Shown here in pieces: positions 1 through 12,939 of a stretch of DNA of 64,000 nucleotides. The notes beneath the pieces were generated by a model. It was given only the letters and a program-made list of their open reading frames with translations. It had not been told where the DNA came from and made no database searches. Both the position numbers and the translations under genes were made by a program. The stretch spans positions 2,604,001 to 2,668,000 of the forward strand of contig NW_025766336.1 in NCBI RefSeq assembly GCF_003918875.1, in the 5' to 3' direction. Every line of letters begins with the position of its first letter. Position 1 is the first letter of the stretch. The DNA is from Haliotis rubra (taxonomy: Eukaryota).

Positions 1-293
1 TTTTCAAAAGTCCATCGATATTAAATAACACAAAACGTAACATGATGAGTGAATATGGTTTTATGTCGTTTTTAAACATTATGCAGCAATATCACGGTGG
101 GGGACCAGAAAAGTACCCATGTCTGTAATCGCTCCCTGGCTGGCGCATTACCTACTAGGCCACCTAACCTGCCCACTTTAAACGTGCGAATAGCCGTTGT
201 AAAAATCTTTCACTTATATAGATTTAATAATACACATGTGATATAGAACCGTTAAGACACCTCTGTTCCCTACTCCTTTCCTGTTCTGGGGAA

Positions 294-530
294 CCCGTGA
301 AGATCCGGGTTAGAAGTGATCTTCAGTAACCCATGCTTATCGTAAGAGGCGACTAACAGGATCGGGTGGTCAGGCTCGCTGACTTGGTCGACACATGACA
401 TCATAATTCCGTAGATCGATGCTCATGCTGTTACTCACTGGGTTGTCCGGTCCAGACTCGATTATTTACAGACCGCGGCCATATAGCGGGAATATTGCTG
501 AATGCGGCGTAAAACTAAAGTCACTCACTC
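294..530 (+). mobile_element. Meta/MESC-domain SINE, family B (no tRNA head)
   Basis: Starts cccgtgaagatccgggttagaa; contains the Meta core tcgtaagaggcgactaa; 3' tail shared with family A. Confidence 0.88.
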
Positions 531-823
531 AATATAGTATAAATATAGGAGAGGAAAACTTGTCAGTGGAGATATAATATGAGATGGATAATCAACTAGG
601 GGATGCCGTTGACAACAAAGCAAACAGTTCTAACCACGATAACGACAGGCTGCTGGAAAATACCTTACTCAGCATGTAAGTTGTGCAGACCCAGCCATGT
701 AACATGATAACATGTTAAACGTTCATTCAGAGATATTGCGAGTATCAGGCTACACAACGGGATCAGAAACGTGTCGGGGCGTTTCAGCGAAACATTCTCC
801 TTACTACACAAATATCGTCTATT

Positions 824-990
824 GGGGACCGTTCATAATTTATGGCTAGGGGGATGATGATGATTAATATGGAGGAGCATGTACAACGTGAATCCCCCCT
901 ACCTCCCCAGAACAAAATGGTTCACCACCCCACCCCACCCAACCCACACATCATCATCACCCCCCTAGCCATAAATTATGAACGGTCCCT
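824..990. mobile_element. Palindromic MITE (GGGACCGTTCAT termini; PIF/Harbinger-like, tentative)
   Basis: ~38-bp inverted arms gggaccgttcataatttatggctaggggg / ccccctagccataaattatgaacggtccc; a lone right arm at 32422-32451. Confidence 0.7.
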
Positions 991-1180
991 AACTACACAA
1001 ACATTTTATATAACTTTAAACTAATACTGGTAAAGAGTACAACTTAAACATGTGTCATGGTCGAATAGCGTGGCAACTGACAATGGTGCCATGAACTAGA
1101 CCAAATCATTGTGTGCGTGCGTGTGTGTGTGTGTTAAACATCACTACGTACACATGCTGCATTTTTACCACAACAGTACT

Positions 1181-1350
1181 TGAGTGAGTGAGTGAATTTG
1201 GTTTTACGCCGCTTTGAGCAATATTCCAGCAATATCACGGCGGGGGACACCAGAAATGAGCTTCACACAATGTACCCATGTGGGGATTCGAACCCGGGTC
1301 TTTGGCGTGACGAGCGAACGCTTTAACAACTAGGCTACCCCACCGCCCCC
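1181..1350 (-). mobile_element. tRNA-derived SINE, family A
   Basis: A box tagcctagtggt-like and B box ggttcgaatcc, tail gctggaatattgct..gcggcgtaaaac(actc)n, TSD caacagtacttgag. Confidence 0.92.
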
Positions 1351-1480
1351 AACAGTACTTGAGGTACTTGAGTCTGGGCATAACTTTGGTTCGTCTTATG
1401 AGCAACTGTACATGAAGACAGGGTTAATACGCCATCGATAACAACCAGAAAGCTTGACCTCGGTATTCTTACATTGCCTC

Positions 1481-1709
1481 CGGGTTAGAATCGGTCTTCA
1501 GTAACCCATGATAGTAGTATGAGGCGACAAACGGGATCGGGTGGTCAGGCTGGCTGACTTGGTTGACACAAGTCATCGGTTCCCGTTTGCGTAGACCGAT
1601 GCTCATACTGTTGATCACTGGATTTTCTAGTCCGGACTCGATTATTTACAGCCCGCCGCCATATAGCTGGAATATTGCTGAGTGCGGCGTTAAACAACAA
1701 ACCAACCAA
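1481..1709 (+). mobile_element. SINE family B, slightly 5'-truncated, inserted in an older opposite-strand Meta-SINE
   Basis: TSD tcttacattgcctc (1467-1480) / tcttacatcgcctc (1710-1723). Confidence 0.88.
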
Positions 1710-1753
1710 TCTTACATCGCCTCTTATGACAAGTAGGACAGCTAACAGGGGAC

Positions 1754-1951
1754 AAGACGCTATCAGCTAGTCTCTGAAATGAACATATTATACAAAAATA
1801 AACGTTTTTAAATTAAAATTATTACTACAACAAAAAGGAGCCCAGATACTTTCTTCATTTCCTGAAACTGCTGTAGTCTAGACTTGCCCCACATTCTAGA
1901 CTTGCATGGGCAGCATTGGTATATTTGTTTCAGGGCCTGTATGGCAGACTA
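1754..1951. mobile_element. Non-autonomous Academ(H)-like element, same family as 39507-39702
   Basis: Collinear with the 39507 copy; ends gcagacta; 9-bp TSD acaggggac / acaagggac. Confidence 0.75.
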
Positions 1952-2160
1952 ACAAGGGACTTATTCTGATTAGGAATAATTCCTATTCGTGGATGCGTCA
2001 AGAGAACATTTAGTGTTACAATGAACCAGACATATATATGATATTACAATGGATGCACAAGTACGATGACAGGTGTTCTTAAGTTGTTGAGCTTGACGGC
2101 TTTGTCACGTATTAGATCCTGCGGTGGGTGAGGCGAAATGTATGCTAGCGTCACAGGTTG

Positions 2161-2192
<32 letters not shown>

Positions 2193-3008
2193 TATCATCA
2201 TCATCATGATCAATGGACATTAACATGACAGCTGACAGCGTTGACAACAAGTCTTGCTAATTGCATCTCTCGCCGTCCAGGGTCTTGTTACACTACAATA
2301 GATACAACAGTCAGTACACAACGTGTATGAATGACAAGCGTGGAGCTTGGCACTTTGCCAGGCAATTATACAATGTTGATTGACACGATATATATGACAT
2401 GTGATCTACATTCTCGCTAGGGCATATGGGTACACCATGCCAAATCCCTTGACAATTCCAGTTGACATTAGGAAATACAAAGTACATAAATAAGAGTTAT
2501 TATTGGCATTCTGTGAACACGAACCATTTATTTATTACGTCAAGGATGCTCTGTGCTCAGTAATGAATAGAGGTGTTTATTGCATGTGTAGTACTAAATG
2601 TCTTGAGAGCACGACAAAAGGTCTGATTTTCTGTTAAAGGGTTTGGTAATAGGAACTAGTCTTTGCCTTCAGAATAAAATCGCAAACCTCAATGGTCATT
2701 CGAATTAAAATGTCAGCATGTACAGTAGACATGTATTATATCAAACCCTTTGTATAACTTTAAGGGTTAGAGTAAGTAATTATTTATATAAAATACATCT
2801 GCGCGTAGTAAAGGGTTCATTTATATGCTGGAAAGGTTAGAATGATACTCATAGTTACGTTAAATATTTGATGGGTTGGGATTATCTTCTAGCAGTTTCA
2901 CATCTCGAATTAAGCAATACTGGCTGGAGCTTGCTAATATAGTATGGGGGCACCTGAGACATCGGACTGTATATCTTATACATTAGGAAGCCCTTCTCAT
3001 AGAAAAGT

Positions 3009-3172
3009 GGGGCAGTGGGGTAGCCTAGTGGTTAAAGCGTTTGCTCGTCACGCCGAATGCCCGGGTTCGATTCCCCACATTGACACAATGTGTGAAGCCC
3101 ATTTATGGTGTCCCCCGCCGTGATATTGCTGGAATATTGCTAACAGCGGCATAAAATCCAACTCACTTACTC
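3009..3172 (+). mobile_element. SINE family A
   Basis: Full length; TSD ctcatagaaaagt. Confidence 0.92.
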
Positions 3173-4012
3173 ATAGAAAAGTTAGGTTTTATTGGAAAGC
3201 ATAAGAAACAAAAAAAACACTTCCGTTCTTTATGTTAAATGGAACTGTTTTGTGAAGAATGTTAATGGGTGGACTTATCACAAAAACAGGATTCCAAGCC
3301 TCACTGATATAATAACAAGTTCCATTCAAGATATAAATACAATAACTTTAGTTGCCAATCATTGTTGTAATGACAAAGCAAAATAGTACAAATATTCTTG
3401 TTTATGTACAGACCTATCGCAAACACGATGGCTGTTGGTAAAGTTCAGTGGGAACTGAGAATATCAACATGGCTTGTTTCTTTGACCGAATGTACACTGG
3501 AACCGATGGTGCTCTGGAGAGCAGCGAAGGGAATGGGTGTTTCTGCTTCCCCAACACCTTGTTTACCACATGAGGGAATCACGGTGCATACTCCCAGCTA
3601 ATAATAACTGCCAGGAATGTTTTTACCGATTATTGCAGTGTATTGATTGGCATACTTCAGTGAGTACTTCAAGTCATTTACCGCTAATGGTGAATATCTC
3701 TGACGTCATTGGCGGTTTTCGTGGATCTACGGACGAATTGCATTGAATGGTTTATTGTGTGCCCATCAATAGATCAGCTACACGCTTGTATCCCGTGAGA
3801 ATACAGCATGGAGCGAATGCTTTAAAGTCAGGTCTTTTAGACCACATTGGCTGAGTCGGTCATAGATGAGGGGAGTCAGATAAAACAGCTTTGTTATCCG
3901 ATAGACTGTTGCTGTGTTGGAAGGATCAAGTTTATGTCAATAGACAACCGTTTTTCATTTACGTGTTTCATTAACGTGTTCGAGTTTGGAAGGTTAGTAG
4001 ATGTTTAATGAA

Positions 4013-4178
4013 GTGAGTGAGTATGGTTTTACGCCGTTTTTAGCAATATTCCAGCAATATCACGGCGGGGGGACACCAGATATGGGCTTAACACATTGTA
4101 CCCATGTGGGGAATAGAACCCGGGTCTTCGGTGTGACGAGCGAACGCTTTAACCCCACAAGGCTACCCCACCTCCCCT
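4013..4178 (-). mobile_element. SINE family A
   Basis: Full length; TSD taatgaagt. Confidence 0.9.
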
Positions 4179-6278
4179 TAATGAAGTAATTAAGTAATGA
4201 CTCGTGAGGTCTTAACAATGGAATACCTGCAAGAAAAATAGTCCTATATTATTCACAGTGAGAAATGGGTCATTTTCCTTTTTTATTTCTTATATTCTTG
4301 TGAATAAATGTCACATGGATACCTGGCAGTGATGTTACACCCTCAAGGTATACTTACTGACATTTACCTTCAATAAATGTTTCAGTGCGGCGAAAACGAG
4401 CTGAGTAATGCTGAAGAACAAACTAACGAACCAAAAACAACGATTTAATGTACTTTGCTTTCCCGATGGCTGAAAACATATTAACTTTTTTTGTTCATCA
4501 ATATTATAAAAATGAACAACCATTTGTGATAAATAAACGTTCAAAGCAAACGCCGTTACAGAACAATGGCATATCGAATTTATATCAGCACAAATAGAAT
4601 TCAATTGCATTCCTATTTATAACGCATATCTAGTATATTCGTCTTCTGTGAAGGTTTTCATGTGGATGACATAGGGTTTATCAGTGTGGGTCTCGAAAGG
4701 CCAAGTGTGAAAATGGACGTCACAACCGCAGCTGACTTTTCAATGTCGAGATCGTGATGCACTTTTAATCTGTATTGTCATATTGACGTCAGCTATTATC
4801 ATGGAAACAAGGTACCTGTCTCTCGGCTTGCTGTCTACACTGAAAATAAAAAAATCTCATATACAGCAATCACGGCTCTGTTCACTCTCTGAACAACTGT
4901 TCTTATGATACATAGATTTAGCCCTTTCTGAAGACGTAAGACGCATACAAATATGTAAAAACAGACATTCTTCTCGCACAAGACGTAATTGGTGTTCTTT
5001 TAGACGTCATGTTTGATGGGAAAAGTGACGGCGTGTACATAATCGATACCTCGCATCTCCTTCGCTCAATACAGAATTTAACCAGCAAACCACATCACAT
5101 TGAGGCTTTAACAGCGCACCTGCAAATTAAAACCGATCTTACCTTACAAAAGTGGCTTTGTGGGTTTTGAAACGACATTTCTGAATGTATTTCAACGTGA
5201 AAACATAACTATTGGCGATAATATGGTGATACTATTTTTAATACCTTTATAGACCATTTGTATGACCACAGGTGTTGTGATATTGATGAACTGCTCGCGA
5301 GGTTCGGTACTGCAACACGCTACGACAGAATTATTAACATGGTGGAGGTCTGAGCGACGGCTGTGCACATGCATTGACGAATAAATGCATGGTCAGTGTT
5401 TTGTTAGCTGCCTACGTCTGTATGTGAGAGGTACATAGCCCGCCCTCGTTCTTATTGACTGCTATTGATCAGCGCCATCTGGACTATAGATGTGACCTTC
5501 ACCTTGGTGAGACAGGTTGTGATCGGTCGGGAATGTTCAGGGACTGATTAGCAGACAGACGTTGTTCATCCATTAGGTTCACCCCATGAAACATGTTCCT
5601 GTTCTTTGGTATTGTGTACATACATCGCAGTTATAAAACAAACAACAAAACACACACTTAAACAACACAATACACAATAGATATCTGATTTCTAACATAA
5701 TCATCAGAGCCATACGTATAAACAATCTACGGTAGGCGAGGGGAAGAGGAAGGCCTCTGACACTACTCATAATATGATAGGGATACAGAAACATTGAAGA
5801 TTACTTACCACCAAGTTTAATTACGAGTTTGTTGTAAAATCGCCTTTGGCATTGGGATGATATATATTGATATCGGTTATGTATGATAACATCCAGACTT
5901 GGGGGCATTCAAGGGCACGGCTCATCTATTAGGTTTATATTTCATATTTCAGCTGCAACTCGATCCTTATCTGTATATTTGTTGGGAGTCACACACATAT
6001 AACCTTTCCGTTTAAGTCGTTTAATCAAAATTTTACATACATTTATTTAAAAGTAGCTGATCCAAAAGCGGGTTTCATATCCAAGTACATATCCAAGCAT
6101 TATATGAAACTGTTTCACACAAATACAAGGTCCTGTTTTTTAACATGGTCATTCTTCCATATTATTTATTTGAGTAATTATCTAAAGATATATTCATGTT
6201 TTGGGATGAATACACACTGAACGACCTTCGATCCACTCAACAGAAAAAAACAGTGCACTCAAGTTAATACTGACTATA

Positions 6279-6430
6279 GTGAGTGAGTGAGTGAGTTTAC
6301 TTTTACGCCGCTTTTAGCAATATTCCAGCAATATCACGACGGTGGACACCGGAAATGGGCTTCTCATGTGGGGGATCGAACCCGGATCTCGGCATGACGA
6401 CCAAACGCTTTAACCACTACCCCACCGCCT
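6279..6430 (-). mobile_element. SINE family A, internally deleted
   Basis: Head and tail match the family. Confidence 0.85.
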
Positions 6431-9110
6431 CACTACTGACAATAAGAAATAGAACCCGGCCTGTGTATGTGGTTAACGAGGGCACTCCCTACTGGGCTAC
6501 GACCATCTGGTACTTGCGCAGCAATGACTTGCAGAGTAAGTTATAACCGCAGTGCACCTAGATATCAGCACAACTCACGTCATTACTATAAGATCGATAG
6601 TCTCTACTAACGTCAGAGCGCTGGGGCAAAAACGATGAACAAATATACACTGATAAATAATTCCACAGTGTATGTTTGAAACCTTTGTATTTAATGAATT
6701 TCTACCTGCTGGACTGTAACACTGGTTTGTGGTTTTATACGGAAAACAAGCAACAGTCATTCGACAGCTTATCAAGATCGGCTATCAAACAGTTTGAACA
6801 ATGATCATGTTAATTTCGTCACAGCGTGTGAAATTCAGTCCCATTTCTTTCCATAAAAGGTTTATATGTCCATACGGTTTAAATGCGTACGTATCAATCT
6901 TCCCATTTCAATTTTGTGGGTAATCTGCCCACATGGTTTAAATATGTACAAAGCAATTCAGTTGTCACGAAAATAGTATCATCCTGTTTCATATGAGATA
7001 AATAAATACCCATTGGTTGGTATCTTATATTATTGTCACATCTGCTGATATGATTTAAATACATAGCAATGCTTTCTCGATACAATGTATCTTCTTCTTC
7101 ATATGATAAATGAATTCATGTCGTTTCTCTTGTCTCGGACACATGATTGATCTGTTCATATGGTCTACATATGTTCACATTAATTCTATGGTCTAATAGT
7201 TCAAATGATATAACATGACTTTTGCATTAGCGAAATATGGTTTAACTGTGCATTTAGATTAAATAAATATATTCGTATAGATTCTCCTATCTCGGGAATA
7301 TGTTGCTTTTATGTTCATGTGGTTGAAATATATACGTCTTAATGACAATTGACTTTTATCATGCATATGTCCCAAATATAGAGGTATATCAGAATTTTGT
7401 GTCTGTGGCTGTCTGTCTGGCTCGGGTGTTGGGAATGCCTGTCTTCATGGCCGACAAAGCCAAATACATCATCCTGTCTCTGATATGTGGCATATCTTCC
7501 CATGCGGCGTATACATACATACCAATGCGTCTATCTGGTATAAACGGCGTACCTGTTAACATAATTCATACACAGAAAATAGGATGTCTCATAGTTTCAA
7601 TCTTGATACAGAAATATACTTTTATCAAAATGTCAATCGAATTTGTAATACAATTTGATATATGATGATAAACACTAACATTTGTCTAGCCCAGGATAGA
7701 TGGATAACCGTAATATATAGATGCCCATGTCTCCTCTGATAAAAACTTGCAGTGTTGAATGTGTCGAAAATCTGACCAGACGGAGGAGTGAGACTCCCAA
7801 ATGAAACCGCCTCAGTCCCTATCCTTGTGTTCATTAGCAGTTTTAAATGTCAACGTCCCAGGAACACAGAGCGTAGGGATGTAATAAACATTCTGTAAGA
7901 TACAAGAAAGTCTCATTTTATCTAGTAATCCTTTCTTCTTGTAGCTTGTACTCTGACATTTACTGCATGGCCGACGTACTACATCTATCGCCCGCAACTA
8001 CAGTTGCCTACATTTCCACCTACATCGACCAACTGGTACTTAGTACTTGAAACACGTTTCACCCTTCAGGAACACGAGGATGAGAGGGCGAGATTCGACA
8101 ACCATTAGTCGTGTCCTTGAACACCCAGCTCGTATGCCACAATATATTTACTGATAGTTTCTGCTTTTATATGTACGGTTATTGGCCACAAAAGTGTATG
8201 AACGACAACATTTGGGATTTAGAGATCTAAAACGATTGTCACCTTGATCTATTACGGATCAAATATAACAATAGATCTATCTAATCACTTCCATAATCAT
8301 TCTAATGGCGTATATATGAATCATTTCAATTCAATTGTATTATAGTACAAAAGAAGATAGAATAGAACAAAAGACCACCCGTTTGTTTCACGGACAGTGT
8401 TCTGGTTTCCATAAATCGTAGATATGTATCTGATAATCATCCAGACATATTTACTACATATACACTCTGTATTCCATTTGCAACATAAAGGTGAAGGTCA
8501 GCGAGAATGTCACAGGTTGTGTGTGGGCAGACTACGGCAATCCATATAAATGTATTATTTCAAAATCAATCAATAGTGAGCGTATTACCTCTGCGTAAAG
8601 CTCTGGATAGGCCGATGTTTCCAGCCGGCCCGTAGACGTCAGGGAAGTCGTATTGAGACAAAGAACGATGGAGATGCAAGGCTTGAATGGTAGTTGACGT
8701 CAATGCGTGTTATCATAACTGAAATCAAACTGAAAGTCACGCCAAGAATAGCACGCTATTAATAAAATCCTTTTAAACATGAACAACTTATATGACTAGA
8801 AAATGGCTTGTTTTAGGCTCAACAAACAGGATATGTCATTCACAGTGGGAATTGGTTTGTGCATGGAAAGGATAAACCTGGATATCTGCTATCGATCGAT
8901 TGTAATAAACAGCAAATTCATAATTATGACAGTGATGATGATGATGAAGACGATACTGATGCTGATGCTGATGATGAAAAAGATGAAGGCAGTGGTGATG
9001 GTACTGGTAATTGTAATAATGGCATCTATCATAGTGGGAGGAAAGGGGGGTATTGTTTATGTTACTCAACCCACGGAAGCAACGCACTACATTCAGTTCG
9101 AGCAGGGTGG

Positions 9111-9249
9111 NNNNNNNNNNNNNNNNNNNNNNNNNNNNNNNNNNNNNNNNNNNNNNNNNNNNNNNNNNNNNNNNNNNNNNNNNNNNNNNNNNNNNNNNNN
9201 NNNNNNNNNNNNNNNNNNNNNNNNNNNNNNNNNNNNNNNNNNNNNNNNN
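9111..9249. other. Assembly gap (others: 18890-19058, 23530-23688, 25895-26064, 26071-26247, 57311-57456)
   Basis: N runs, mostly abutting repeats. Confidence 0.99.
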
Positions 9250-11333
9250 CTTCCAATTCGTAACCGCCAGTGTGTGATTTTGTATCAAAATGTAAACCTG
9301 CAGTGTAGATAATGTATTGAATATAACAAGACTCTCCGACACCTTGTCAGTGGATGCCCAGTCTTGGCACAGACTCAGTATCTTAAGCGACATAATGGCG
9401 TGGCTCGTTCCTTTTATTTTAGTCTTCACCATGCTTGTGGTTTTGAGTCAGAGGTCCATCAGCGGTCCGACCCAGAATGTGTACGGCGTCATGGAAAAAT
9501 AACAACTATAAAATTCTTAGGAATAGGCATGTATATAGCCCTAGAAGAATCCAATCCAATAAATCTGACCTTGTCGGGGGTTTAAAATACAGCAATGGAA
9601 TTATCTGCACAGGGCAAATATGCGGACCTGCTTGATCCTAAGAACCTAAGATTTCCCCCTGAACCCACTCTGCTGTATTCATTCATCTGTAAAATTAAGA
9701 CGATGATTATGATGGCGGTGGCGATGATGATGATATGGTCAAGAAGCATATGTGTTGTTTTAAATGAAACGTACATAAACATACACATGTGACGAGAATC
9801 CTTACTTCCTTAATCACAAACTACAGACCAGACCCCAAACTCCCCACCCAAGTTTTTACGACCATGACTTAGTATACTCATGTAACATTACAAATCGTTC
9901 TAATTGTATCTGCGTGCTCATTTGTGACTGCGTGTCGACACCCCCGAGGACAGCATGATGTCATCTGCCAAAATTAGTCAAAATTAATATCCCATAAAAC
10001 AGCGAAATGAGGACGGGACCCTTCGGTTATACAGGAACTCGTATTGAGGTCGGAATTCCCGAGGGCAAGCACATTAATGCAGTTTCTTATTTTACAGGCT
10101 TTATGAGGTTGTATGGATCTTATGAAATGATAACTTTTCTCTGCCTTCTATATGACTAACTCATATCCATATTTGATGGACTGTGTGTTCAAAACCCACC
10201 CGGTCCAGACGGTTTTGTTGCTATTGAATTCAACGTTCCATATATAAAGACAGACAGACATCTTTATTCAATGAACAGTCCTCGTCGCGAATCTTGGATC
10301 AGAGATATGTAGACTGTTTACTCCACAGATGTCTTTTTCCCATCTTATATTTGTTATGACTATCGACACCTTTGCACAGCCAGTCAAATATCGAATGGTA
10401 AGTTGCTCCTCATTAATCGAAGTATATCAAATAATCGGATATTATTGTCCGACTCTTAGCCCTACCCCTAAGTATTAAGTATGAAACATATATGTTCATA
10501 AAAATTATAAACTTCGGAACACAAAATGGCTTTGAGGGTCCCTCAAATAATGGTATTTGATAGAAACTTTTGTCTGGAGATCGTTGACCGACACTGTCAA
10601 CCCGAAGCTAGTTGTTTGTGAGTTGACACTGTTGATACAGGCAGCAAGGTGTTAGTTTGCAGTGTGTTTGTTAGTCATGTGTCTTCTGTACAAAGAGATT
10701 AGTGTGCGTGTATCTTTTCTAATGATATTGTCAACAATGAGATGGGTGAGTCTTCTCTCTTGGACACTACCATTGAGGGGATAGTAGTACATGCGACTTC
10801 TCAACAAGGTGAAGAGGTAATGCATGTGTCATCTCTCATCGATATGCTCGTCGGCCTCCCCATATAGGTGATCGGCATCTTCCGACATCAAGCCGAAATG
10901 CTGTGATATACGCGAATTCAAAGTCGCTTTAAAAGATACACTCACTCACTCACCCACCCACCCCCCACCCCGTCCGTCCCAACACTGCCAACTTCTCGCC
11001 ACTTGTTGTGTGTGTGTACGTACGTGCGTGTGTGTATGTATGTGTGGGCATGCATGTGTTTGTTTGTGTGTGTCTTCTCCTCAACACTGTCATAATGGTG
11101 GTAGTTTTGTGTGTGTCTCGACACTGACAACAAGGAGATAGCTGCCGACGTGTCTTCTGGCGATAACACTGTCATGAAGGAGATACTGTGCCTGTGCCCT
11201 TAGAGATAAGGAGATAAATGTGCACGTGTCTCTCAGCACTGACAACAGGGAGACAGGTGCACATGTGTGCTCGAGATTGATAACAATGCGATGGTTGTGT
11301 ACATGGCCTTTCAAGGAGATGTGTCTTCTCACT

Positions 11334-11716
11334 TCTACAATGAATCAAGGAGAAGTGTGTTCTCACTTCGACACTGAATCAAGGAGAAGTGTCTTCTAAC
11401 CTCGACATTGAATCAAGGAGGAGTATCTTCTCAACTCGACAATGAATCAAGGAGACGTGTCTTCTAACCTCGACATTGAATCAAGGAGAAGTATCTTCTC
11501 ACCTCGACATTGAATCAAGGAGAAGTGTCGTCTCACCTCGACAGTCAATCAAGGAGAAGTGTCTTCTCATCTCGACATTGAATCAAGGAGAAGTATCTTC
11601 TCACCTCGACATAGAATCAAGGAGACGTGTCTTCTAACCTCGACATTGAATCAAGGAGAAGTATCTTCTCACCTCGATATTGAATCAAGGAGAAGTGTCT
11701 TCTCATCTCGACACTA
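11334..11716. repeat. 34-bp minisatellite, ~11 copies
   Basis: Unit tcgacattgaatcaaggagaagtgtcttctcacc; decayed related units in both flanks (~10690-11815). Confidence 0.95.
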
Positions 11717-12890
11717 TCAAAAAAGAGGTATTGTGTCTTCTCAACAAGGAGATAATTTTGTGTGTGCGTGTGTGTGCGTGTGTGTGTCTTCTCTCCCGGC
11801 AGTGTCAACAACGTAAACCGAGTCACTCGGTTTCTCACAACAAGACTATTCGATCGGTGAGTCGTCTAGAGGAGCAGGCTGTAGAATGTTTACGCCGGAG
11901 ATGTTTGTGTTCGATGGCCATCAATACCGTTATTTGAACATCTAAATGATTCATGCACACAATACAGTTCCCCGAAACATGTGTTTCTATGCACGCTGCC
12001 TTATCCCATGCAATGCAAACTCTCGATCAAATACATGCCTTCCTTCATAGCAAGTGTTGATCAAGATCTCACCATGCTCAAAATGTCTGAGGGATGCATC
12101 AGACACTATCTAGTCAAGAATCCGGTAGCTCTTCCTTCTATATAGAACACAAACCACGGCGCAGAATGTAAAGCATGTTGAACAATGAATTATCTTCATA
12201 AATTTGCCTACCACGTTTGTAAATACTCGCTTATTTTAAAATATATTTCAACCTGTAATGCAACCTGTCCACATTTCAACAGTGAAAAGAAGCTGATCAT
12301 TAGGCAAACATAATGGGCAACATTCAGTTGTCCCGTATTGACGTATCGACTTTCTTGTACGTCCGTTCAGTACACAGAGGGTTCTGCCTATGTGATGTAG
12401 CATAGACTGGAAGGGGGAGAGGAGGAGGAGGAGAGACAAGACATTATGCAATGTGCAGTGCGCTTACCATTTATCGATACGAGACCCTGTGGAGACATAT
12501 AAAGAGTGTGTTCAATGCTGAACGCTACATACTGTGTCTTATTGACGTCCTCTATTTCCATCTGATATTACCGATTTGATACAGCTTCAGGTTGATGTTT
12601 TTCTAAAAGTATCTTAATTGAGCAGTTTACTATAGGTTCTCAGCTAGATAAATTGATTCCAGTTTCCTTAACAGCTCTAACACGGACCGATAAAATTATT
12701 TTCATACAGAAATGTCCACAGGCATGTAAGTTCAATTGTGTGTACAAAAAATTCACCTCTCACTCCTAAGATCATATCGCAGCTAAAGTTGTACTATTGT
12801 GTTAGTATCCAGTTCTGTACGCTTGTACTGAAAGTACAACCGATTGTATAGAGACATACAAAGTCTCAGGCCTTTGGGTGTCCATTGTAC

Positions 12891-12939
12891 CAATACAAAA
12901 CACAAGCATCATTTATAATAAAAATCAATCTTTTTTATT
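12891..12939 (-). terminator. Tob poly(A) signal and downstream GU-rich element; 3'UTR ~12912-13602
   Basis: AATAAA on minus strand at 12934-12939, followed ~25 nt later by gatgcttgtgttttgtattg; UGUA motifs upstream. Confidence 0.65.

Noticed and set aside
294-360. Assignment of the SINE B module to HDV, hammerhead, twister or pistol ribozymes
   Set aside because: The required core motifs and topology were not found by eye; left as an unclassified structure.
6860-7340. Possible ~115-bp degenerate tandem repeat
   Set aside because: Similarity too weak to define units without computation.
11334-11716. CRISPR-like 34-bp palindromic repeat
   Set aside because: No spacers; ordinary minisatellite in animal DNA.
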